Source of the DNA: Phoronis australis
Taxonomy: Eukaryota > Animalia > Phoronida
Length of the DNA: 64,000 nt
NCBI GenBank assembly: GCA_002633005.1
Contig: NMRA01000042.1
Coordinates: 704,408-768,407 of the forward strand
Reading direction: 5' to 3'
Under the pieces are notes generated by a model. That model saw nothing but the letters and a program-made list of their open reading frames with translations. It made no database searches and was not told the origin of the DNA. Below are positions 50,801 to 64,000 of this stretch, one piece after another. The position numbers and the translations under genes were made by a program. Numbering within the stretch: position 1 is the first letter of the stretch; every line of letters starts with the position of its first letter.

Positions 50801-52833
50801 AGACATAAGGGATACTATTTTTTAAAAACATTTCCAAGCATCAGTTGTGAACATCAGACTGAACATTTTCATCCATAGGTGCTAACAACTTGGAACCAGC
50901 ACTCAAAAGCCAAACCAGAGCAACTGAACCTACTGCAGGGTTCCTCAACATAATGAAGCAATGCAATGCATATGATCTTCACATCCATATGCAGTACAGA
51001 AACAGTATCATAATAAAGAGGCATTTCACCGCAGTCAATGTTGGATTCTTAATCCAGACATTTTGGGGTTTAAAAACATTGCCACACTCGTCTGAACTCA
51101 GACTGTTGCTGAATGAGCCAGCAACACAAGTCACAGGTAATGTGTGTGCACCATTTTTGAATTCACAATTTTGACTTCACACCAATTAACTCTGCAGCAC
51201 TTGTTTTCTTAGGTTGATGATCGTTTAGAAGTTCTTGTTGATAACGGAACAAGAATTCACTGATATTATGAAAGTAAAAGGCCAATTCTATTTTCCATCT
51301 TAATATGATGGAATGCGGCTTTAACTTCCGAAGTAACGAGAATTCTTCAATTACTTCTCAGAGAAATAACTGATAAAATTGACATTTTTCTACTTTTCAA
51401 AAGGCTGGATGTTTTAATTTAGCAAAACAAAAATTTATTTGTCTGGTACACTGTGCGCTAAATAGGTGAAGACCTGCCCTAATTTTACTGACGCACAGCA
51501 CAGTGTGAAGGAATGACACTTAAATGATTTAGGTGTAAAATACATAATACCAGTATGTTGGGGTCACCAATCACCAACATTAAATCACAAAATATCATCC
51601 AGGAATACACAGTCCAGTTTTTAATACAACAAAAAAGCTATAAACTAATCCTTGCATGGCCATATTGTATAACAATCAGTAGTTTTCAAAGACAGAATTA
51701 TGGAAGGTCTGTCGATAGATACCGTAATGCACACTTTGTGTCAAACTTGGCTAACTCATCACACATAAGACAGCAGTGTAACACTGATATTTATAGCCCT
51801 ACCATATGGACATAATTTTTTGAGATGAGTCAGGGCGAAATCAGAAATATGTGCTACGCTACTTGACAAAAGCTGAAGTGATTATGAACACAATTTTGCA
51901 AGTTTTTACACAAATTTTCACAAAAAGTTTACTGCACACAAGTTGTACTAAATACACAAGAACTGTTATGTTAAAATGTTGCGGTACGGTACGTACATTG
52001 GCTGATATGCAAGTGGTGATCCGTCATCCATTTTGTGCATCATTTCTACCACATTTCAAGCTAACTTTGTATTCAATCAATTTGACCTTCTAAAACACTG
52101 TAAGACTGTTTTATGGAATATTTTAAGGTTATCTCAAACCTTATTTAGCGGCCTCCATTCTAACTCGTATATCAAAAAACTTAGCTTTGTCAATCAACTA
52201 ATAAAGATATATTTTTTCTGAAAGAAAAAGGGTCAGAAAATACAAGAAAATGCTTTGTGTATTTATGTACCATTATTATTTTTACGTAAACACCTTTTTA
52301 AGTCAAGTTCAAATAAAGTGGATTTGCCAAAGCTGAGAAAAAGCCGACTGGGACGAGATGAAATCTCAAAAGTTGGTGATAACTTGTTTTCAGTCAACAT
52401 AACCTATACATGTCTTAACCATGTTTGCTATTTCAACATTCACTCACAATGTCAACTGATTTTGCAGTGCGTAATTAACTTAATTATCATTATAACGTAT
52501 CGTTCCCAGCCAACAGTTACTGTTGTTTGCAGCTACGCTGTGATTTACTTTTTAAGTAGGTCACAGTTCATTGTTATACACATAGCCTGTACACATTACA
52601 TTTTGGGAGACTGATATGAAACTATGTAAGAAATGGATAACAAAAATCAAATTGGTGGTTACACCCTGTCGTTAGCATGAGAAAGAAACGACGAAATGTC
52701 AATTCATTAATTGAATTAAGGAATTAGGGCGAGGATTTATCTCTTTTCACAATTTGCAGTGTTCATGACCACAGAGGCCTGAGGCGACTCGTAGCACTTG
52801 TTTTCAACGTCAACGGTCGTATGCATGTAGACC

Positions 52834-53814
52834 CAGTGGCGGATCTAGGATATCACAAGGGGGGGCCAACATTTTGTCTGGCTGAAAACATTTGCGCAAA
52901 CTGAACAACGATTGTAGATGCGCATAGCACCGAATGGGGGGAGGTCGGGAGGGGGGTTTGCAAAGGAAATTTTTCTGTTTTTACCTCTAAAAATCAAGCA
53001 TTTCCTTCATTCCTGAAGTATTATCCAAGAAAAAAGGCAAAAAAAGAGAACGTGTCAAACAGGAAAAACTGCTAATTCCAAAGACTCGAACTCTCGACCT
53101 TGAGCATAGTGAGCGCGAGCGTTACCGCTACACCACCACGATTTAACAACTAATCTTATTTTAAGAGACCTACCTGTTTATGGTCCACAGCGTTTGCGCG
53201 CGAAACCTACTTCTTTTTGTAATGCTTATTACACGTTTTATGCCATCGATTCTTAACACATTTGTCGTATTTAAAATAGTCTTCGAATGCCCAAAAGACC
53301 AAATCCGTTTTTCGTGTTGGCAATAATGACGGGATTGCTTTGGAAGTCGTCTTAACATAAGGTTTGACAAAGAGAGTATTGCGAGTTTCTGAGTGATTCA
53401 CAAAGGCTTCGATTAAAATTCACATCTTTCCAGCAGCTTCTGTTTTTTCATCGTCACTCAGGTTCCATTTTCTTTAAAAAATGAAGTAAATTTTCTTCAT
53501 TGCACAGTGGAGCAGACGACGGAAACCGAGTCGTAGTGCGCAGCGCCACTGCCGGTCGCCTGGGATATAGCGGGAAAGGCTATACTTAGCCATAGTTCCG
53601 TTACGAATGCGCCGTGTTCCGAATTTGACACTTGAAATTGGATTTGAGCCCCCCCAACACTAAAACTGCACACATTTAAATCTTTTTCATTCATATAATT
53701 TTAATTACCGGGGTTAATTAATAAACATTTCCCTACGCTCTTATTGTTTGTTTTTTTTTGCGGCAGCCAAGGGGGGGCCCGGGCCCCCTGGGCCCCCCCC
53801 TAAATCCGCCTATG
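52834..53814. mobile_element. hAT5-like non-autonomous element, uninterrupted copy 2 (981 bp)
   Basis: CAGTGGCGGATCTAGG / CCTAAATCCGCCTATG TIRs; 5-bp TSD AGACC at 52829-52833 and 53815-53819; opposite orientation to 3110-4969. Confidence 0.8.
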
Positions 53815-53955
53815 AGACCCACAACTCCCTTAAGATCAAAACTACGTTTTGTCTTTGTTTCCCCAGCACCATTCTACCATAAGTACACTTGTTGATTCAA
53901 TGTTTTGGCAACTTTGTGAATGAAAGAACTGAGGGTATACCAAGCTGTTCTGTAC

Positions 53956-55595
53956 CTGGCGGGAGATTCGATTTGACTGAAAGCCCTTTAATATTTGACC
54001 TCGGATAAGTAGTAAACAAATATCACGTGGTTGTGCGGATCCAAGGTGTTTCTGCTTAATCTTTTTTTCTCTCTACGCTGTGTATATTTTGTATTTGAAG
54101 TTCCCCGAGAATGAGGGTAAGGCATTTTGCCAGACACACGTGAAATATTGTAAAAGCAACCAATTTTTGCAAATAAGTTTTGAAATATCCTTAACTAATT
54201 TTCTTGTGGTTAACTCTATTCAAGCCCACATGACAAAAACATCTGCCAAAATTACAACTTTTCTACTTTTCAAAAGACTTCCTGTATTGACTATATGATC
54301 AAAAACTTATCAACTTCACTTTAAGTCAGAACAGCTACACACAGCAAACCAAGACCGGTTTTCATTCGTGGACAGTACGTCTTATTCCAGCTGGTATGTA
54401 CTATCCCTAAATCTATTTCAAAGTTAACCAAGCCTATGAAAAGACCAAAAGGTCATGAAAGTGCTATCACACACACAAGCTCATTATTTTGTTTTAAAAC
54501 TTTTCTGATAAAAGCTGAATGAACGTACATTACAGCTGAACTAATTTCAATACTAGCTCAGATATTGTATCAGTAAATCACCAGATGAGCCCACTGTTAT
54601 CATTCTTTGACACACTCTACACCCATCATTGAACATGTAGACACACTTTATATGACCCCTCCTCTGTACAAGATAACCCCCATCCCAGCACAGTAACAAC
54701 GCCGATTATCACTTGCACCTAAAACATAAACCAATAGAAATGCTCTTGGGCTTTTCTCAAAGCTGTTCAAATTTGNCTGGCGGTAGATTCGATTTGACTG
54801 AAAGCCCTTTAACATTTGACCTCGGATAAGTAGTAAACAAATATCACGTGGTTGTGCGGATCCAAGGTGTTTCTGCTAGATCTTTTTTCTCTCTACGCTG
54901 TATATATTTTTTATTTGAAGTTCCCCGAGAATGAGGGTAAGGCATTTTGCCAGACACACGTGAAATATTGTAAAAGTAACCAATTTTTGCAAATAAGGTT
55001 TGAAATATCCTTAACTAATTTTCTTGTGGTTAACTCTATTCAAGCCCACATGACAAAAACATCTGCCAAAATTACAACTTTTCTACTTTTCAAAAGACTT
55101 CCTGTATTCACTATATGATCAAAAACTTATCAACTTCACTTTAAGTCAGAACAGCTACACACAGCAAACCAAGACCGGTTTTCATTCGTGGACAGTACGT
55201 CTTATTCCAGCTGGTATGTACTATCCCTCAAATCTATTTCAAAGTTAACCAAGCCTATGAAAAGACCAAAAGGTCATGAAAGTGCTATCACACACACAAG
55301 CTCATTATTTTGTTTTAAAACTTTTCTGATAAAAGCTGAATGAACGTACATTACAGCTGAACTAATTTCAATACTAGCTCAGATATTGTATCAGTAAATC
55401 ACCAGATGAGCCCACTGTTATCATTCTTTGACACACTCTACACCCATCATTGAACATGTAGATACACTTTATATGACCCCTCCTCTGTACAAGATAACCC
55501 CCATCCCAGCACAGTAACAACGCGATTATCACTTGCACCTAAAACATAAACCAATAGAAATGCTCTTGGGCTTTTCTCAAAGCTGTTCAAATTTG
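53956..55595. repeat. Near-identical tandem duplication of about 820 bp joined by a single N (probable assembly artefact)
   Basis: 53956-54775 and 54777-55595 differ at only a few positions; N at 54776. Confidence 0.9.
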
Positions 55596-56240
55596 CTCTT
55601 TTTAGCTAAGTGTTGCAAGGAACACAGAATTGCTGTTCATATGATAATCTACTATTTGGGATCAGATTCTGGTATGTTTGTTTTGAGGATTTCAACCTAT
55701 CTATGGCATCATCATGTCAGACTTATGTGCACACCCCAAGTCTAAGTATCATTCTTTTTCACTATCAAAGCAGACTTGAGAATATATTGACAACAACAGC
55801 TGCATGGGATAAGACCCTCAAGTCTTTGGGTAATTTATATCAATTAATATCACCGCCTGAAGCAGGCCTCCAGATTTTTACTAATACTGAATCTTTCCTC
55901 AATGAGTTCTCGCAACTCTTCTAAAAAAACTCTTACTCAACCATATCTTTAAATGTAATTGGTGGTGTCAGTTCTCAAAAATATAAAAGACTCCAAAATC
56001 CAAACCTCACCCGGCATCAACCACATTTAGGAATATAGAGTCTCCCAACAAATTAAACAGTTTGACGCATTGTGGTGGCATAATTACAGCAATACAAAAG
56101 AGGTTCCTACAAAAATACTAATTTGGCCAAACCATATAGAGCTGGAAAATCTAATGCTGAAACAGAAAAGTAAAGTGCTAATAACAAACACATTTTCTAA
56201 TAACTTGAATGTCTCCTAAATGGTTGAATGTTCCCATTAG

Positions 56241-56572
56241 TAATGGTGCAACGATTTTTCGAATTGTAATCAAATCGCAAAGCAGTTTTGATCAATTTCG
56301 ATATTGATTTCGATTTTGATCCTGATTTCGAATCCCAATTACAATTTTCACCATTAGGTGTCTTTTGAATAGTGTCATTGAGATATTGAACAAATAAACA
56401 AATCAGGATCGTTCATTAGTTGGAATTTCATCTTATTTAGTAATTTGTTAACTACTTATGTTTGAGAAAAAAAAGAATTAACTTGGTAACCATGAATCCA
56501 ATCATAAACAATCAAATTCCGTTCAAAATGAATTGAATCCAATTTCCAAAAATGTATATCTTCCCACTCCTA
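56241..56572. mobile_element. Old hAT-like MITE
   Basis: TA...TA degenerate TIRs, TTCGAT/GAATC subterminal repeats, degenerate 8-bp TSD CCCATTAG / GTCATTAG. Confidence 0.4.
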
Positions 56573-58258
56573 GTCATTAGTGTACATCACCTTGGACGCA
56601 TTCAAGTGTTGGTACAAATCTGTAATTTTATTGACTGGAGTTTATACCGCACATGCCGCACTGCTGTTGTGCCAAGGGCGTTACTTTTTTCTTTGGTTGG
56701 GATTCTGCAGTAGCTTTTAAGCCCAGTGAATCACCCTATATAGAAAGACTGTCACTATAAGAAGCTGGCAACCCACCTTCCACCACAAAAACCATAGACT
56801 TCCTAGCCAATGAAATTGGTTTCAAATTGTTGTTCCAGTCCACAAAATTGATGCGACACATGATGGAATAGGGCTTTTGAAATAATAAATTAAACAATGC
56901 TTTTTATACGATTTGTTTACCTTTTAGCCAAAAAAGGTAATTAAAAGGAAAAAGAACCCTTTTTCAGATTTCAAGTGTTGCAGGAAAAGTGTTCCAGCAC
57001 GGTTTATTCAGATTCAAATTAGAAGTCGTGTAACTTCGATATGCAGGTGACGAGATAAGCAATCCCGTATGGTTTATTCATATTCTAATAGTCAGGTGCA
57101 GGCCTTCATCTAGAGGGCGTCAGATTGTCAAAATGGACATCATGACTCAAATGCAGACACCCATGCTTTGCCCAAGCTGTGTTCAGCATTTGGACGTCCA
57201 AGTACAGTAAGCAAAAAGCATTGTCAGTGTCAAAGTTAACTTGCAAATACAGATATGAGAGCGCATTGGTACATCGACAATAACAAAGTTTGTTCAGATA
57301 TGATAAAACATATTGCTAGATATAGAACTTGCCTGAGTTGCTTTCACTGGAATCACTTCCCAAAAATTTTGACACTAATATATAATCAATCATTAGAAAA
57401 AGTCCTAACTTGTGCAAAAACAATGCTGCTTCTTTCTGTTATTCTGCATTTAAATTTGTGGAGCCATTGTTTGAGTTAGCTCTGAGCCAGCTGATTCTTC
57501 AATAAAGTCCTCTCTTCACAAAGTTATCCAAATTGGTCCCACTTTTGAACTATTAGGTGTTTCTTTTAATCGTTCCTTACACAGGACAAGATGAGTGCCA
57601 AAGAAATGAAAAAGTTAGAACACCTTTCAGACCCGGTGTCCCAGAGGGTTACGTGTATAAGCTTCGTGTTTGTTTCACCGCAAATTAGAATTTTAGTGGA
57701 CTGAACGAACATCACTTTTGAGACCGAGTCCTCGTTTACAGCTCCCGGATTCAATTATGCAGCTGGCTGGCTATTGAGATACATGCTTGCACCAACTAGA
57801 TTTCTTCTACAGAAACGCAAAATGACCATGAACTTGGCTTGGTGGTAACAATTAGAATGTAAACAATCCGTCACGCTGTAGAAGCCCAGTTTCCAAGAGA
57901 AAGTATTCCTGAGTTCTATATTAAGAATGGCCTATTGAAGATGCTTTTAAGGCTTTGAAAGGAGTGACAGTTCATTACTGTTGGAGACAAGGCTCTACAG
58001 ACGACTTGTCACCAAGTCTTATGCGCTTAATTAATCAAAGAAAGGAACTGCCAGTTCCTTTCAAGTCCAGATATCACATTCTACAAACTAACCAAACTGT
58101 GGTCAGTTTTGTATCACTAAGTGATTTGAAAAATAAAAAAATTCTTCTTGAACAAAACACCAGAAAATAGCTGATTAAGATGAATACCTGGTTAGAAGGC
58201 AGAGAGATCAGCCAATTACAAACCAAGCAGAAAAAGCACTCGAAATTTTCATCCTTAC

Positions 58259-58489
58259 CTGTATGGATAATCTTACGCTCTCTGACAAGCTGCTCGAGTG
58301 TCTCATAAATGATTTGATCCGGTGGGGTACACATCTCTTTGTAAGAGGATTTCAACCTATTTCTGATCCCATCCAGTGTGGGTGGTTCCTGAGAGCTCGC
58401 CAAATCATGGATGACGATACACAGTGCATCCGGCAGTGGAATGAACTGGCTCTGAGTGACTGGCTGCATCAGTATATCACCAATTTCAC
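58259..58489 (-). CDS. STOX: Storkhead-box protein, winged-helix exon (upstream exon not found; internal ATG at 58469)
   Basis: ttgcag| GEIGDILMQPVTQSQFIPLPDALCIVIHDL...IIYETLEQLVRERKIIHT |gtaagg; matches STOX1/2 MxPIxQSQFIPL...TLxxLVRERKI. Confidence 0.9.
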
Positions 58490-59694
58490 CTGCAAAGGTA
58501 GTATCCATGTAGTGAGAGCTCTTAAAGTGGAACTTGCACGCTAATTCCCTATCTCCCTTACTGCTTACTCAAATTAGAACAAGAAGTATGAAATGAGCAA
58601 TTTGAATCTCTGAATAATAACTCACAGTATAAGCCATGCCTTGAACAGTATTCTGATGTGATTGAAAAAGGAAATGACTGGATAATGGACCTGGTAAGAT
58701 CAACATCCCAGATTAAATTCTCTCTCTTAGTGAGGTAGAAAAATTATTTCATGAGTGACCTAGTTTTCAAAAGGTATGGTTGCTAAAATACCACTGAACG
58801 AAGTTGGACAAGTGAACAATGATTGATCTCACCTCACTAGCTTTTTAATGCTTACGTCTCCATGGCAACTCACCATCCAACAATGAAACTTAATCACCAT
58901 CAAAAGAGCAAATGACTAAATCAACGAATGCAAAATAGTGATTAGCACCACAGCAGTGTTCAACTGAAGGACAAGCATCCTATGGATATGCAAGATTCTG
59001 CATAAATGCCACAATAAGAGAGGGCGCTGCAGGTAGCTATTGCCCAGGTTTCAGTGGGGTTCATGATTGGCAATGTATCAGTCAACATGCATTTTCGTAC
59101 AAAAGGCAGTCATTATAGCTCGTTCTGGCTGTTATGCTCGGCGCTCGCTAGCACTTTGGCTTGTCGTGAAAATGACAGTTGATGAGTTGCAAGAGTCAAA
59201 TTTGCTGGCACTTTGTAGGCAGTCAGCATAATGCAGGTACAGGTTTACTTCAAGACACACATAAACAGGGCATTGTTGTTACATTAATCACTTTTTAGTT
59301 TATTACAACCAGTGAACTGTGCTTAAGCTGTTCATAGTCAAAGTGTCACTGGCTGAACGCGTGAGCAAAAACTTAAGCTTTGCGCTAGTTATCAGATATG
59401 TATAAAACCACCATTTATCTAATTTATCTAATCCTTCCTTTACATCACAATCATGAATTCAACATTCAAAAAAACAAGAAAAATAGGAGAAAAGCGAAAG
59501 TTTCTTTGCTTAACGGACATCAATGTGACCCATGAATATACCTAGCACCAGTGTGCCGTGTTCATCAACACGAGAGTTTTGTGTCAAAACATATTAGCGC
59601 TTCTCTGATGTCCCGAGGGAAAGTCAAAAAACCCACAACGTGGTCAAATACTGAGTTGTCACAATCAATACAATACATAAGATATTTTTGTACA

Positions 59695-60151
59695 GACTTA
59701 ACTCTGGTCTGAGCGGAGTGTCGACTGCGAAGTTAACTAAACCGTTCATACTGGCTTCGGTAGTTAACGGACTTTGAAGTAAATGGTAGGTGACATTGCT
59801 GTCATCAAAGTAATCGCAAGGTAGCGCTGCACGCTAAGATTTTTTAAAAAAGACAATTTGGGAACATTTACATGTGCTAATTGACACAAAACTTATTTTT
59901 AATTTGATGGGTGATTACTAGAGCAAAATATAAGCAACTATTAGCCACAGCACTACCCTGTAATTGTTGATGATAACAGTGGCATCTGGCGATAACTTTG
60001 ATGGGACCAAAGTTGACCGTTCATACTGCACCGCAGCGTCAACTCGACACTCGCTCTTAAAATCTCCCTGTTCAATCCAGGACCAAAGTTAAGCATTCAT
60101 ATTGACCACAACTCCACAAAACATTGACACTTGGATGTCAGTATGAAAGGC
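59695..60151 (+). mobile_element. PIF/Harbinger-like MITE family C, diverged copy
   Basis: Colinear with 46733-47239; ends GTATGAAAGGC. Confidence 0.7.
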
Positions 60152-60588
60152 TGTATATAAATTCTTTATCATGTGCCATAAACCACGGGGGGGGGGGAAT
60201 GAGCGGCAATTCCGACGATTGATTGTCCCAAATCTATGTAGTATACATTGACCAATAAATGCTCTAACTTAAGATGACTTAATTAACATATTGTCAGATG
60301 GAGTTTGCAGGGGTTTTAATTTGACAGTGGGTTGTTTTTTTTTTGGGGGGGGGTTATATGAAACTAGTGATTTTAAGCATTCAAAAGTGGTGCACTAGAT
60401 GCCCTAGTATAAGTTGTTCTAGGATAAGTCTGTGCATGGACGGAATTTACACTAGGTCCACATCTGTGGCAGAAACACTAGCCATTTTTCAGTGGCAAAA
60501 GCGCTAGCATTTTAGCCTACAGAGGTGACAACTGATGTCAACTAAGAGCATGCTTACTTATTACTGACAACCAGAGCATGCTTACTTA

Positions 60589-61409
60589 CCGTAATCGTTC
60601 GGGTTAACGCCCATGCTCAGTTAACCGCCAACCCCCGACTTCAAGTGGATTTTCGATTTAACCGCCCACTACTCAGTTAAGCGCCCCCCAGCGATTTTTG
60701 AAGATTTCCAGTTAAGCGCCCACCTCTCGGTTAAGCGCCCATCCCCGACTTTTAAAGAATGAAGATTTAGCGCCTAGTGCTAAGGAAACGCGCGATTCCC
60801 CGACTTTTAGAAAAAGATCGATGATCACAACGAGTGCAACGACGCCGGGACTCCGAGACGGTGGTTTAGCAATCTGAATTACAATACAGGTAACGAGTTA
60901 TTGTCTTGGGTCATGAACTCACTTCAAAATATAATACTTGAACCTTTTTGTCACGTTATTTTCTTCCCTTGTTTCCTAAATTTAAGAACGCCGCCGGCGT
61001 CAAAACCTCCGCTTTCAGCGACTTAGTCTGCCGCGCTGAGTTTCCGTCTGCAGTGCACTAGATAAAACATATATTCGAAAAAATCAGGCCAGAGAAATGT
61101 GACAATGGTTTTGCCAACCCTCCAAATTCTATTAAGGTGGGAAGCTCTCGTATTTTGAACAAATCTCACAACTCACGGAAAGATGTCAAATTCTCAATAT
61201 TTCGATGAATATAACTGCGGATTATAGAGGATGTGGGGTGACCGAAGGGACAGTACAAGTGCCTTTCGTTGCTGCCTGTCGATTTCTGAATTCAAACGTT
61301 GGCAATAATGTATGTTTGTGTATGATCTTGAAGTAATAAAAAACGGCTAGTCAAATTTTGTTTTTCACTTATTGCATCTCAGTCAAACTGGTTAGCAGAT
61401 TTAACTAAT
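60589..61409. mobile_element. Left part of another TA-flanked pogo/Tc1-like TIR element, cut by the gap
   Basis: TA-CCGTAATCGTTCGG start, followed by about six TTAA(G/C)CGCCC subterminal repeats. Confidence 0.55.
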
Positions 61410-61575
61410 NNNNNNNNNNNNNNNNNNNNNNNNNNNNNNNNNNNNNNNNNNNNNNNNNNNNNNNNNNNNNNNNNNNNNNNNNNNNNNNNNNNNNNNNNNN
61501 NNNNNNNNNNNNNNNNNNNNNNNNNNNNNNNNNNNNNNNNNNNNNNNNNNNNNNNNNNNNNNNNNNNNNNNNNNN
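61410..61575. other. Assembly gap (N run)
   Basis: Run of Ns. Confidence 0.99.
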
Positions 61576-62224
61576 GTGTGTCACTTTCATTTTACACAAC
61601 TTCAGTTTTCAAAAACGTCTTTTCACAACATGTAAAAACCAAATCCCGGCTTTGTTTTATACCTCGGAAAGAAAATTAACACTAGTGACATGCGTGTCGT
61701 TTTGCGACTGACCTATTTTTCCCGTACTTGGAAGGTATTGAAGAGCAAACTCGCGATTACCCGAGTTAGTTTGAATCGTTAACGACTTTGATGACGGCCA
61801 GTAGAAGACCAGATCTAACAAAATCCCGGATACTTTTTCAACGGGCATTTTCTCCCTTTTCACATCGCAAATTTAGCTACTCGAATGCACGAGTCAGTTA
61901 GAGAGCACTGATTCAACTTTCACGCCGGCAACTTGCCTTGCGCTCTAGAGACTTTCAAAAGCGGTCATGAAGAACAGTAAGGCCGTACCCGCATGAATAA
62001 AGTCAATTTTGAAATCCGAAATTTGTGAGTATTTAACGCTGCAGGTAAGAGCATAATCTAAACATTTTCCCGATGATCTAAAAAATCTATTTTGGCGCGT
62101 AAAAATGGCGGGAAAATTTTGCGACCTGGCATTTACAAATGCGAGCTGGATTTTGAAAATGCGACCTGGGATTTTGGCTAGGTCGCAAAATGCGACCTGG
62201 CGATTTTATTAGCGTCGAGCCCTG
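61576..62224. mobile_element. Right end of a hAT-like element
   Basis: Ends TTAGCGTCGAGCCCTG (CAGGG-type TIR) with TGCGACCTGG subterminal repeats; other end not seen. Confidence 0.5.
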
Positions 62225-62744
62225 ATCATGTTGTATCCATTCTGTTGTAAATTTTCAAAATGAAATACAATCCAACACCTACTTCATGTTTGTTGGCTAA
62301 AAAAGCGCCCGAAATCCAGTTAGGATACCAGGCTCATAAGTTATTTCCTCAGGACTTTAATTTTTCACATCAATATTCACTTTTTTTACAATAATCTGAC
62401 AAAAAATATTCAAATGTAAATGCAATGGCACAGAAGTTGTAATCCATTTATAAAATACATAAGTATTATCTTTACGAAAACATTGAAAAGACTTTATACT
62501 TCAGTGATTTCTACAGAGTAGACTACCAGGGTAGTATGGTTTGGTAGTAATCTAAAGGCACCTAAACAAGAGGACATAATGCACTGAGGTCAGTGGGTGC
62601 ATCTCTTGTTTGTTTTGAAAAGGAGCTGGTTACAGAAAAATATCCTGTTATAGTGTTCAGAGGGCAAACCAGCTACCACAGTCAAGGCGAATGTGCGATG
62701 TCCGAAAAATAAGCTGAACTATGAAAACCTGATGCAATCATCTA

Positions 62745-64000
62745 CCGTGTTTGCCCAATAACTGCCCAGGCGCTCAGAAATGTTCATTTCAGGGGGGCAC
62801 TTATTGTAACACAAGGCAGTTGAAACCCGGTCTCCGAAACAAGTGAAATCGGAAGCTAAGATTCATCATAATTACGCTCCACAACGTATCTGTAACCTAT
62901 GACAGACTTTCTACAAAATTGTGGTGCATTGCTATCAAACTTTGCAGTTAAATTACGATCATTTTGCAGGAAATTGTACTGAAATCCCAAGGCGAAAATT
63001 CGCCGACTGACTGCCTCGCAATCGTCGATATGGCGACTTGAATGCTTGAATAAACATACAGTTTCGACTCAAGCAAATTACCTGAAATCCTCCAAATTTT
63101 CCAAATAGCGTCCCTATGATTTTTAAGTTCTTGTGGAGTCGGGATTAACGGCAGGTAAAGTACAAATCTGTGCTACGTCGTACCATCTATGATCGGCAAC
63201 AAGAGAAAAATCTATGGACAAACACACATGTTGTTGTCACGTGATGTTTGTTTTGAAGTTCCTCAGCTTGTGTGAGTAAACGAGCGCATGCATGTCACCA
63301 GAGTTCATTTGCCAGAGTAAACGCAATCTAAGGAGCTAGATGTGCATTGTATCTAAAGAAATTTGCACATCAGTAGACCATTATAAAGCAGAACCTGTTT
63401 CATTGAGCACTTGTCAGTCTTGTGTGCTAAAAACATTCAACATTTGTCTCAGTAAGGCCCGTATTAGTCACCGTGTGGCTGGATTCGTACGTGACAATCT
63501 GACAGTTATTTTTCGGTGTAAGGGTATGTAAGCATTCACTGTCACTCTGTCAGTGGTCATTTTATCGGATATTTGGCTTAAAAACACCAATTATGATTAA
63601 TCAAACAATCCCTCTAAAAATATTTTTTATAGTATTTGGAACTATCGAAAATTAGTGCCAATATTCAACTCTTGCCAATGCTATGCTACTTGTTTCATGA
63701 ATGGATAGTTCCCGACCAATGTCTTTGATAACAGGAACATGTATGCAGTGCGCGCTTTCTGGCCACGTCACGTGCTTTTAACACTGACCAAGTTATTTTA
63801 TTAGTCTTTGATTCGTAGTTTTCACGCGTATAAGAAATTTGGATTACTGTTGAGGGCGGGAAATATCCACATTGACAATAAAATTCAATAAGTACACTAC
63901 GCCTGTTCTGAAAGGCCAGACCATAGTGGGACACATTCCTCGCAAGATCAGCAAAACTTTTGCGTTCATTTTGAGGCACGGCAGAAGTATGAAGTGTATA
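62745..64000. mobile_element. Family P element copy 2, uninterrupted, runs off the window
   Basis: TA-CCGTGTTTGCCC start; colinear with 820-1108, 2391-3109 and 4975-5103. Confidence 0.8.

Overview
Eukaryotic (invertebrate-animal-like, AT-rich, spliced) draft-assembly DNA with two N gaps. No prokaryotic genes, CRISPR array or rRNA were seen. Four host genes can be assembled by hand from GT-AG exons. (1) The first recognisable coding exon of a clavesin-like CRAL-TRIO gene (minus strand, 9082-8950; remaining exons not found, probably left of the window). (2) A complete 7-coding-exon, 316-aa TTPAL-like CRAL-TRIO gene (plus strand, 24132-30001), head-to-head with gene 1. (3) A 2-coding-exon, 114-aa CYSTM1-like gene (plus strand, 37831-38767). 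(4) A storkhead-box (STOX) winged-helix gene (minus strand, three exons, 58489-43966; 5' exon not found), tail-to-tail with gene 3. The rest is dense non-autonomous transposon sequence: Helentron-type HINEs, TA-, TTAA-, TWA- and 5-bp-TSD MITEs, tRNA-derived SINEs, two decayed LINE 3' ends, long palindromes and minisatellites. The most notable observations are HINEs carrying higher-order arrays of CTCF-consensus motifs, a nested insertion stack whose empty sites are visible elsewhere in the window, a mirrored G-rich element in the divergent promoter, ATG-TAG just upstream of both CRAL-TRIO start codons, and minisatellites traceable to their source repeats. No unambiguous new system was identified. 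Family assignments are from recalled motifs, not database searches.
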